Shown: one piece after another, positions 1-7,223 of the stretch
Layout of the letters: each line of letters starts with the position of its first letter
Position numbering within the stretch: the stretch's first letter is position 1
NCBI GenBank assembly: GCA_036338595.1
Contig: JAYZBV010000011.1
Span: forward strand, 1 to 15,897
Reading direction: 5' to 3'
Source of the DNA: Planctomycetota bacterium
GTDB taxonomy: Bacteria > Planctomycetota > UBA8108 > UBA1146
DNA: 15,897 bases
The notes under the pieces: generated by a model
What the model was told of the DNA's origin: nothing
Seen by the model: the letters and a program-made list of their open reading frames with translations, nothing else
The model's database searches: none
Translations under genes and position numbers: made by a program

Positions 1-2
1 AT

Positions 3-521
3 CCCATTGCCCTGACCCGTGATTTGGATTCAGCGAAGAAGTGGCTTCAAGAAAAAGCCCGTGGTACGGAACGAATTGGGTTGGTCGCGTCGGCCAACGC
101 TTTGCGCTTGCGTGCTAGTGGGATCCATGTGAAGTCTAAAATTGATCCAAAACATTGGTTCCTAAACCCAAAGAACGATGTCCGTTCTTCTTATGTTCTG
201 GAAGAAGTTGCTACCGAGTTTGATATTCAAGGGCTGGAGTTGGACTGGGTTGGGGTTTGCTGGGGAGGCGATTTCAGGTTTGTCGGTGATACTTGGGCGC
301 ATCACGCCTTCAGAGGTGCCAGTTGGAACACCATCCGTAGTTTGTCCAACAAGAAATACTTAGAAAACGCGTATCGAGTCTTACTCACACGAGCTCGACA
401 AGGAATGGTAATATTTGTCCCGCCAGGCGATACATCTGATCCGACTGTCGATCCGCAGTTCTACGACAGCACTTACAATTTCCTATTAGAATGCGGAGTG
501 AGTGAGATCGACTGTTCTTAG
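3..521 (+). CDS. DUF2075 / Schlafen group 3-like helicase-domain protein, C-terminal part (5' truncated by window edge)
   Basis: Frame is open from position 3 ([15 protein letters not shown]...). Family-typical motifs [17 protein letters not shown] and [22 protein letters not shown] at 519-521. AT-richer than the core genes. Confidence 0.88.
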   Translation, partial: PIALTRDLDSAKKWLQEKARGTERIGLVASANALRLRASGIHVKSKIDPKHWFLNPKNDVRSSYVLEEVATEFDIQGLELDWVGVCWGGDFRFVGDTWAHHAFRGASWNTIRSLSNKKYLENAYRVLLTRARQGMVIFVPPGDTSDPTVDPQFYDSTYNFLLECGVSEIDCS

Positions 522-536
522 GCACCAAGACACCAA

Positions 537-576
537 CGACGCCCTCGACTGCGTCAGCTTTGCCGCTTGCCCGTGA
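537..576 (+). repeat. Direct repeat A, copy 1: orphan 3' end of a dockerin-like-domain gene (DALDCVSFAACP-stop)
   Basis: cgacgccctcgactgcgtcagctttgccgcttgcccgtga. 37/40 identical to 1765-1804; 538-576 is 28/39 identical and codon-collinear with 3900-3938. Confidence 0.9.
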
Positions 577-595
577 GAGTTGAGCCGTTGTAAGA

Positions 596-667
596 CTCCG
601 GTGTACTTCAAAACGCCCCGGGGCCTGCCTTTGTCTTCAGGGCAGGTCCGAGCTAGCTCTTTTTTCG
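596..667 (+). repeat. Repeat B, copy 1: 24-bp block, hairpin, 10-nt spacer, T6-CG
   Basis: ctccggtgtacttcaaaacgcccc (596-619) is 23/24 identical to 2305-2328. 11-bp stem 621-631/639-649 (two G-U pairs), then gctcttttttcg. Confidence 0.8.
621..665 (+). terminator. Possible intrinsic terminator or attenuator hairpin (atypical spacing)
   Basis: GC-rich stem gggcctgcctt/agggcaggtcc with 7-nt loop. The T6 tract (660-665) lies 10 nt after the stem, not adjacent to it. Confidence 0.3.
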
Positions 668-727
668 GATGGAATTGAATAGGACAGCCACTTCCACCAA
701 TGAGAAGATCGCAGCCGGGAGGCACTC

Positions 728-1738
728 ATGACCACGGATACAGGTCAAACCAGTTCGAGGGTCAAAAAATTTGTGATTTATCTGTTAGTGATTTCCGCTT
801 TGCTCGCAGCGCCAGTCCTGGCGGGACTTATCTGGCAATCTCAAAAAGCTCTCAGTCGTGATAGTCATCTGACTTCCGCAGGAGCACTGATTCTGCTGTG
901 GAATCCAGTCAAACATGAATCGGTCGCAATTGGGGGGAGCCCATCCTTGATGCATCCGGTCGATTCGGTCCTCCGGCGGCCAGATCTGACAATGACCCCG
1001 GCTGCCGCTGCACTTCTGGCAAAAAACTACGGCAACATGATCAATTTGGATGTCCCCCAGTTGTCCCCATCGGTTGCCAGAGGTCTGAGCCAGTCACCTT
1101 ATGGCCTGTGTTTTTGGAATCTTGAAGTCACTTCTCCGGAGCTCCTGGCAGCGCTGGTGAGCGGTCGCTGTCCACAACTCAGTCTACCGATTCCGAATCT
1201 TACGGAAGCAGGCGCCAAGGCATTGAGCCAGTTCAAGGGGGATCGCCTCACCGTTACCCATATGACCCGTCTTTCACCAGAAGCCGCGAACGCTCTGAGT
1301 CGATGTGAAACGGCCAACCTGTCGTTGGAGGGCTTGGATCATCTGTCAGAAGAAGCTGCCGAAGAACTGTCTCGATGTCGAACCGGTTGGCTGTCGATCG
1401 GGGGGGGGTGGCTACGGTCGAGCCCCACTACGCTGTCGTTGAGATCTCTGGATAGCATTTCCGAAACAACCGCATCCGCCTTGAGCCGATTTCAAGGACG
1501 GAGTCTCACGCTATATGTGAAACACATCTCCGAAGAGGTCGCAGTGGCACTGAGTCACTACCCGGGGTTGCTGGCGCTGACTACACTGGAGACCTTGCCC
1601 GATGCTGCGGCGCACGCCCTCGCCGGTCGAAAACTTCTCAAGGTTGGCTTGGGGGCTAGTAATGGTCCCCATCAACTGGAAAAGCTGCCCGCTTCCGCCG
1701 CTGCCATCTTGAGAGAAGCGAACAATAACAGCCAATAA
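728..1738 (+). CDS. Hypothetical membrane-anchored LRR-like repeat (solenoid) protein
   Basis: GGAGG RBS before ATG. N-terminal hydrophobic segment (KKFVIYLLVISALLAAPVLAGLIW). At least 8 repeats of ~22-24 aa such as LSLEGLDHLSEEAAEELSRC and LSLRSLDSISETTASALSRF. Confidence 0.8.
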   Translation: MTTDTGQTSSRVKKFVIYLLVISALLAAPVLAGLIWQSQKALSRDSHLTSAGALILLWNPVKHESVAIGGSPSLMHPVDSVLRRPDLTMTPAAAALLAKNYGNMINLDVPQLSPSVARGLSQSPYGLCFWNLEVTSPELLAALVSGRCPQLSLPIPNLTEAGAKALSQFKGDRLTVTHMTRLSPEAANALSRCETANLSLEGLDHLSEEAAEELSRCRTGWLSIGGGWLRSSPTTLSLRSLDSISETTASALSRFQGRSLTLYVKHISEEVAVALSHYPGLLALTTLETLPDAAAHALAGRKLLKVGLGASNGPHQLEKLPASAAAILREANNNSQ

Positions 1739-1764
1739 CAGATCGAGCTGCATCGACCCAACCG

Positions 1765-1804
1765 CGACGCCCTCGACTGCGTGAGCTTTGGAGCTTGCCC
1801 GTGA
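1765..1804 (+). repeat. Direct repeat A, copy 2: orphan dockerin-gene 3' end (DALDCVSFGACP-stop)
   Basis: cgacgccctcgactgcgtgagctttggagcttgcccgtga. 37/40 identical to 537-576. Upstream atc gac cca acc gc aligns to ttc gac tcg acg gct of the FG-GAP gene tail with a 1-nt gap. Confidence 0.9.
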
Positions 1805-1920
1805 TGAGGATGCTAAACTCTTGATCGACTTGAATCGGACGAAATCACACTACGGCCGGGCTGGGTGGGCGGTGTCGGCAGGGAACAAGAAGAGCGAAGT
1901 GGAAAGGTAAGGAACCCGAG

Positions 1921-2256
1921 ATGCAGCGACCGTCACCGACAGCAGAAGATTCGAATCCCGAGCGGAAGATGTGGATTTCCTTCCTGATCGACCTGATCAC
2001 CATCGTTTTTCTGGCGATCTATATCTTCAAGGGTGACTTTCTCTTTGGGCACTACCGGGGCCCGAGCTGGGCCATCTACTCGGCAGCAGCCGCCGCCCTG
2101 GGGAACCTGCTGGTGCTCTTTCTGGTGGCCCTGACAGTGGCGAGGATGACCCGCACTCGTAGGGTGTTCTTCACTCTGAAGTGCCTGCTTTCGCTGGTCA
2201 CTGTCGGGTTCACAGCCCTGGTCGTGGCAACGGATCTGTTTGGTTGGTTCAACTGA
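1921..2256 (+). CDS. Small hypothetical integral membrane protein (about 3 TM segments)
   Basis: AAGGA upstream of ATG. Three hydrophobic stretches and a basic loop RMTRTRR. Alternative start at ATG 1969. Confidence 0.65.
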   Translation: MQRPSPTAEDSNPERKMWISFLIDLITIVFLAIYIFKGDFLFGHYRGPSWAIYSAAAAALGNLLVLFLVALTVARMTRTRRVFFTLKCLLSLVTVGFTALVVATDLFGWFN

Positions 2257-2304
2257 CGGAAGCCAACGCCCTGCCGGCCATCGAGACAGAGCAACAAAAG
2301 CAGC

Positions 2305-2364
2305 CTCCGGTGTGCTTCAAAACGCCCCAGAATCGGCTTTTTCTGGTCTCCCGCTGTTTTTTCG
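2305..2364 (+). repeat. Repeat B, copy 2: 24-bp block, hairpin, 10-nt spacer, T6-CG
   Basis: ctccggtgtgcttcaaaacgcccc (2305-2328), stem ccagaa/ttctgg (2327-2332/2341-2346), then gctgttttttcg. Same layout as 596-667. Confidence 0.8.
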
Positions 2365-2450
2365 TCCGACTGTGCTGGCCAATCGGATTCTCATCTCCTG
2401 CCTTACCTGCCTGTTCAGAGTGGATCGACCACCCCGGAAAGGAATCCGAC

Positions 2451-3938
2451 ATGAAAAAAATCCTCTCTCTCATCACAGTATTGCTGTTTTCGGTAACACT
2501 CTCTGCCCAACCCGGCCAGTGCCCTGGCCATGGCCTCTTCGTTGATAGTGGCCAGCAAATCGAACTGGGAGATTCTAGAGATTTGGCTCTCGGCGACCTC
2601 GACAACGATGGCTACGTCGATATGGTCTTGCCGGGCCGTTTCTTCGAAGCACTAAGCGTGCACATCAATAAAAGCGACGGCACCTTCGTCAATAGTGGCC
2701 AACAGCTGCTGGGCCAAGCTGGCTCTCGAGTTTCCCTCGGCGACATCGACAATGATGGAGATCTCGACATGATCGTGGCACGAAATTTCAGTTCGCCTGT
2801 CGTATACGTCAACGACGGAAATGGCTTCTTCACAGACAGTGGTCAGCAGCTGCCATTTTTCTCTGATTCGGAACTTGGCGATCTCGATGGCGACGGCGAT
2901 CTCGACATGGTCACCATCAATCAATCGAATTTCCCCGATCGGGTCTTCACCAATGATGGAAGTGGAAATTTCTCCTGGACCAGCGAACTGTCACTAAATA
3001 ACAGCGAATCTCTCAAGCTCGGAGATCTCGACGGCGACGGAGATCTCGATGTAGTCGTGGGAAATGTAGGCTCTCCCAATCGAATCTACCGCAATAAAGG
3101 TAACGGAACTTTCAGCGATGCTCTTCTACAAGTAGGAGGCAACGATTCCAACCTGCACATCGCTCTCGGTGATATCGACAGCGATGGCGATCTCGACATG
3201 GTGCTTGGTAACTCCGGCAGCGTCCACATCAATGACGGCAATGCTAATTTCACCGAGAATCTCCAGGCTCTCAATCTAGCTGTTAGCGGAGCGGTTGCAC
3301 TGGGCGACATCAATGGCGACGGAGATCTTGACCTGGTTGTCGGTACGGATGGCCAACCAGATGTCATTCTTCACAATGACGGCAACGGTGTCTTCACCGA
3401 CAGTGGTCAGCAAATCGGATCTTCAACGACCAGCATCATCACCCTCGTCGATGTCGATGGCGATTCAGATCTGGACATCGTCAGCGCGGAACAAGTACCA
3501 TTTCCACCAAACCCAACGGCACAACCTGTGCAACCCAAACGTGTCTACCTCAATGTCGGTTCGGTTGAGGACTGCAACCAGAACGGCATTGCCGACGGTT
3601 GCGAAATTTCATCCGGCGCCGTCAGTGACGACAATGACAACGGCATCCCCGACGAATGTGAAGTTCAGTTCATCCGGGGAGATGCAAATAGCGATGGGTC
3701 CGTCAACATTACCGACGGGGTGTTCATGCTGCACTGGCTGTTCAGTACTGGTGCTGAATCGACCTGCCAGGACGCGACCGATATCTCCGACGACGGTTTC
3801 CTCCACCTCATCGATCCGATCTACCTGTTCGCCTACCTCTTCTCCAGCACTTCAGCCCCCCCCAGCCCTTTCCCGGGGTGCGGCTTCGACTCGACGGCTG
3901 ATTCACTAGGTTGCGACAGTTCGGCAGCTTGCCCGTGA
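2451..3938 (+). CDS. Secreted FG-GAP/VCBS-like repeat beta-propeller protein with Ca-binding DCNxNG motifs and C-terminal dockerin-like domain (495 aa)
   Basis: AAGGA RBS, then signal peptide MKKILSLITVLLFSVTLSA (real start 2451, not 2181). Seven LGDLDGDGDLD-type repeats, then DCNQNGIAD and DDNDNGIPDECE, then FIRGDANSDGSVNITD...PPSPFPGCG...CP. Confidence 0.9.
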   Translation: MKKILSLITVLLFSVTLSAQPGQCPGHGLFVDSGQQIELGDSRDLALGDLDNDGYVDMVLPGRFFEALSVHINKSDGTFVNSGQQLLGQAGSRVSLGDIDNDGDLDMIVARNFSSPVVYVNDGNGFFTDSGQQLPFFSDSELGDLDGDGDLDMVTINQSNFPDRVFTNDGSGNFSWTSELSLNNSESLKLGDLDGDGDLDVVVGNVGSPNRIYRNKGNGTFSDALLQVGGNDSNLHIALGDIDSDGDLDMVLGNSGSVHINDGNANFTENLQALNLAVSGAVALGDINGDGDLDLVVGTDGQPDVILHNDGNGVFTDSGQQIGSSTTSIITLVDVDGDSDLDIVSAEQVPFPPNPTAQPVQPKRVYLNVGSVEDCNQNGIADGCEISSGAVSDDNDNGIPDECEVQFIRGDANSDGSVNITDGVFMLHWLFSTGAESTCQDATDISDDGFLHLIDPIYLFAYLFSSTSAPPSPFPGCGFDSTADSLGCDSSAACP

Positions 3939-4002
3939 ACCATCCATCAGGGGCGAGGAGCATGACGAGAACAGCGAGCAAGGTCAGCTGTCTCTGGCAT
4001 CT

Positions 4003-4479
4003 CTAATCCCTGCGAGTCTCACGGCGATGGTCCACCCTTTTCTCGGCTTCGGCGTAGCGGCGTTTCTCGTCGTCGGTACCGGGGACCAGTGCCGGAACTT
4101 CGGCCGGTTTCTTGCGGTCGTCGAGACCAACGAAGGTCAGGTAGGCGCTCGATGTGTGGGTGATGTCGCCGGTGCGGGGATCCTCCCCCTCGACGCGCAC
4201 ACCGATCTCCATCGATGTGCGGCCGGTGTAGTTGACCATCGCCTTGAGGATCATGAAGTGACCACCGGGAATCGGTGCCAGGAACTCGACGTTGTCCATC
4301 GCCGCGGTCACGACGGGTCTGCGACAGTGACGCATCGCCACCATTGCACAGGCCAGATCCATCAGGTGCAGCACCTTGCCGCCGAGCACGTTGCCGTGAC
4401 TGTTGGTGTCGTTGGGCAACACCAGCTCACGCATCTCGACCGCGCTCTCGGACGGTATCTTGTTTTGACGATCACTCAT
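4003..4479 (-). CDS. Acyl-CoA thioesterase, hotdog fold (YciA-like)
   Basis: VLPNDTNSHGNVLGGKVLHLMDLA, VVTAAMDNVEFLAP, VNYTGRTSMEIGVRV, SAYLTFV motifs. Confidence 0.93.
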   Translation of the reverse strand: MSDRQNKIPSESAVEMRELVLPNDTNSHGNVLGGKVLHLMDLACAMVAMRHCRRPVVTAAMDNVEFLAPIPGGHFMILKAMVNYTGRTSMEIGVRVEGEDPRTGDITHTSSAYLTFVGLDDRKKPAEVPALVPGTDDEKRRYAEAEKRVDHRRETRRD

Positions 4480-4508
4480 TGCTTTCCCCCCGCTCGCCTG
4501 CTTCGTCG

Positions 4509-6251
4509 TCAGGCCTTCTGGCGATGTACCGCTAGACGCTGGACGTACTGTTTGGGTTCCCAGGTATTGGTGACCTGATTCGCTGACAGGCCCATCTTAC
4601 GCGCGATGCCCACACCATGCTCGATGTCATCGAGTCCGGCAATGGAATGAGCATCGGGATGGATACCGATGTCGATACCGAGCTCTTGCAACATGTTTCC
4701 CCAGCGCCAGTCGACATCGAGCCGGCGCGGATTGGCGTTCAGCTCGACGATCACCCCTTCCTCGGCCGCCACCCGCAGCAGATGCGCCATGTCCATCTCG
4801 TAGCTATCTCGTTGCAACAACAGTCGCCCGGTCGGATGGCCCCAAACCGTCGTGTACGGATTTCGTAGCGCTTTTTCGATGCGATCGGTCTGCTGCTGCT
4901 TGGCCAGCGAAAAGCTGGAATGAACGCTCGCGACCACGTAATCGAGTTCTGCGAGTTCATCATCGGGATAATCGAGCGATCCATCGGTGAGGATGTCGCT
5001 CTCGATGCCGTGCAAGATGATCACATCGGGAAACTCCTGGCGCAGTTGATCGATCTCGACCCGCTGCTGGTGTAACTCATCGATGGAAAGTCCACCGGCA
5101 TAGGCGGCGGTACGCGAGTGATCGGCGGTGCCGTAGTACTTCCAGCCCCGATCCGACGCCGACTGCACCATCTCGCGCAGGGTCGCCTTGCCATCGGACC
5201 AGGTCGAGTGGCAATGAAGCGTGCCTTGAATCTGCTCGAACTCGACCAGATCGGGCCACTCCTCCTCGGACTCGAACAACTGCTCGGCTCGCTCCACCTC
5301 GCCCAGATCCTCGCGCATCTCGGGCGGGATCCAGGCCAGCTCCAGATGTTCGAAGATCGATTCCTCGTCAGGAGTCTCCAGTGGCTTCTCGGACGCATCC
5401 CAGAGGCCGTACTCGTTGAGCTTCCAGCCCTTTCCACGAGCGCGCTGGCGAACACGGGTGTTGTGCTCGCGACTGCCCGTGAAGTAATGCAGTGCCGGGG
5501 CAAACTGATCGGGCGCTACCACCCGCAGATCGACCCCGATCCCCTCCTCCGACAATACTCTGGTCTTGGTCTCTCCTTCGGCTTCCACTTCACCGATACC
5601 GTCAGTGGCCAGGAATGCATCACGAACCGCGATCGGATCATCGGAAGAAGCGAGGATGTCGATGTCGCCGATCGTCTCTCGATGGCGACGTAAACTGCCG
5701 GCGACCTGCGCCTCCTCGGTCGCGTTGCAGTCCTCGACCTGTGCCAGGAAACGACTCGCCACCAGCTGTGCCTGTGACACCAGATTGCGACCGGCAAATC
5801 GACGCAGATTATTGATGCCCTTGAGGATGGTCTGCTCGGTCCGTTCGCCGAATCCTGCCAGCTCACGGATCTGCTGCTCGTTGCAGGCGTTTTCCAGCTC
5901 GGCGATGGTCAAGATCTCGAGATTCTCGTAGATGGCACGGACCTTCTTGGGCCCCAGTCCCGGGATGCGCAGCAACTCCAGTAGCGATTCGGGAACCAGT
6001 TCACGGATCTCCGCCTCGATGTCACTCTCGCCGTCAATCACCAGTTCCTCGATGAGGGCCGCCAGGCCCTTGCCGATGCCACGGATCGAGGTGATCTCGC
6101 CCGATTTGACGAGAGCTTCCAGATCGCCCTGCCACGATTCGAGGGCACGAGCGCCGTTGGAGTAAGCACGAACTGCGAACGGGCTGGCAGCGGAAATCTC
6201 AAGGATCTCGCCGCATTCGATGAGAACGCGGATCACTTCATCCTTGTTCAC
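4509..6251 (-). CDS. polX: DNA polymerase X / PHP-domain 3'-5' exonuclease (580 aa)
   Basis: GTG start at 6251 after GGGAGGGAG. HhH motifs GIGK, IPGLGPKK, GFGE. Catalytic GSLRR..GDIDIL, VDLR, FTGSREHN. PHP motifs HCHSTWSDG, DHS, HPTGR, ELN, DAH. Confidence 0.96.
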   Translation of the reverse strand: MNKDEVIRVLIECGEILEISAASPFAVRAYSNGARALESWQGDLEALVKSGEITSIRGIGKGLAALIEELVIDGESDIEAEIRELVPESLLELLRIPGLGPKKVRAIYENLEILTIAELENACNEQQIRELAGFGERTEQTILKGINNLRRFAGRNLVSQAQLVASRFLAQVEDCNATEEAQVAGSLRRHRETIGDIDILASSDDPIAVRDAFLATDGIGEVEAEGETKTRVLSEEGIGVDLRVVAPDQFAPALHYFTGSREHNTRVRQRARGKGWKLNEYGLWDASEKPLETPDEESIFEHLELAWIPPEMREDLGEVERAEQLFESEEEWPDLVEFEQIQGTLHCHSTWSDGKATLREMVQSASDRGWKYYGTADHSRTAAYAGGLSIDELHQQRVEIDQLRQEFPDVIILHGIESDILTDGSLDYPDDELAELDYVVASVHSSFSLAKQQQTDRIEKALRNPYTTVWGHPTGRLLLQRDSYEMDMAHLLRVAAEEGVIVELNANPRRLDVDWRWGNMLQELGIDIGIHPDAHSIAGLDDIEHGVGIARKMGLSANQVTNTWEPKQYVQRLAVHRQKA

Positions 6252-7128
6252 AGCGTTCTCCCTCCCGGACCGTCTCCTCCAGCGCATCGATCCAGTGCGA
6301 AGCGACTTCGACACCGGTGGTCGACTCGATCCCGGCTAGCCCCGGCGAACCGTTCACCTCCAGCACCAGCAAACCATCGGGTCCCTGCAAGATATCGACC
6401 CCGGCGCAACGCAAACCGAGGATCGATGCGGAGCGACTGGCGAGTTGTTTCATTTCAACAGTTGGATCGACGGTCGTGGCCACTCCCCCACGATGGAGGT
6501 TGGAGCGAAAATCGCCGGGTGGTGCGGTCCGTTCCATCGCCGCCACCACCTCGCCCCCGATCACCAGCAGCCGGGTGTCCTGGCCGCCACACTCGATGTA
6601 ACGCTGCAAGATGAACTCACGTGATAAAAACAACACGCTCTCCATCAGGGAAACTGCTGAAGCGTTGCTTTCCGCCAGCACCGCTCCACGTCCCTGGGAA
6701 CCCAACAGCGGCTTCAGTACCACCGGAGGACCGCCAAGACGTTTGACCGCGTCATGAAGTTGATCGAGATCGCGCACCAGTTCTGTCTCGGGAACCGCCA
6801 CGCCGGCACGAGAGAGTCGTTGCAGAGATTCCATCTTGTCACGGGCAGTGACCAGTGCATCGACTGGATCGATCAGTGCGACTCCATCTTGTTCCAGAGC
6901 GCGTCCGGCAGCCACCGCCAGGCCGGGCAAAACGGCACCGAGTCTCAGGATGGCCGCATCGAGCGGAGCCACCCGATCGCCATTACAGATGAGCCGAGGA
7001 GAAGAGCTGCGGATCGCCAGTCGCAACAATTCCAGGGGAACCCACTCGTGACCTCGACCAGTCGCCTCCTGCTCGAGGCGAACGCACGAATCGAGAGCTG
7101 GATCTGCAGTGATGATTCCGATGCGCAT
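6238..7128 (-). CDS. rimK: RimK-family ATP-grasp alpha-L-glutamate ligase (296 aa)
   Basis: ATG 7128 after AGGAGG. Motifs ARDK, PVVLKPLLGSQGRG, DTRLLVIG, FRSNLHRGG, AGVDIL, LEVNGSPG. Overlaps the polX start by 14 bp. Confidence 0.88.
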   Translation of the reverse strand: MRIGIITADPALDSCVRLEQEATGRGHEWVPLELLRLAIRSSSPRLICNGDRVAPLDAAILRLGAVLPGLAVAAGRALEQDGVALIDPVDALVTARDKMESLQRLSRAGVAVPETELVRDLDQLHDAVKRLGGPPVVLKPLLGSQGRGAVLAESNASAVSLMESVLFLSREFILQRYIECGGQDTRLLVIGGEVVAAMERTAPPGDFRSNLHRGGVATTVDPTVEMKQLASRSASILGLRCAGVDILQGPDGLLVLEVNGSPGLAGIESTTGVEVASHWIDALEETVREGERCEQG

Positions 7129-7223
7129 CTGAAAAGGCCTCCTGGTCCCGTTGCAGATGGAATCCTGACCGGGGCGCGGAAGCAAGGGATCGATGGCAGT
7201 TTCTACAAAGGAGGCGAATGCGC

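Noticed and set aside
531..585. Integron attC reading of repeat A (ccaac shortly after three gene stops; GTTGAGC at 579-585; ACCCAAC at 1756-1762)
   Set aside because: No copy has both proper R boxes, L-box spacing is asymmetric and no integrase is visible. Codon-level homology to the dockerin tail explains the repeat better. IntegronFinder would settle it.
537..1804. CRISPR interpretation of the 40-bp direct repeats
   Set aside because: Copies are about 1.2 kb apart with a gene between them. No spacer periodicity or cas genes.
2262..2272. Possible degenerate third copy of repeat A (ccaacgccct) after the small membrane gene
   Set aside because: Only about 10 nt of similarity with a gap; the conserved gcttgcccgtga end is missing.
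2181..2450. N-terminal extensions in the ORF track (FG-GAP from 2181; also 6314, 7185, 7970, 7858, 9077, 14184)
   Set aside because: Downstream starts have RBS and family-typical N-termini. The extensions overlap neighbouring genes or intergenic elements.
2454..2460. A7 run as a phase-variation tract
   Set aside because: Encodes the ordinary MKKI signal-peptide start.
2590..3480. DNA-level repeats such as ggcgatctcgac and gacagtggtcagca
   Set aside because: Explained by the FG-GAP protein repeats.
3962..4006. Tiny ORF MTRTASKVSCLWHL after GAGGAG
   Set aside because: RBS is only 1 nt from the ATG, 14 codons, no supporting features.
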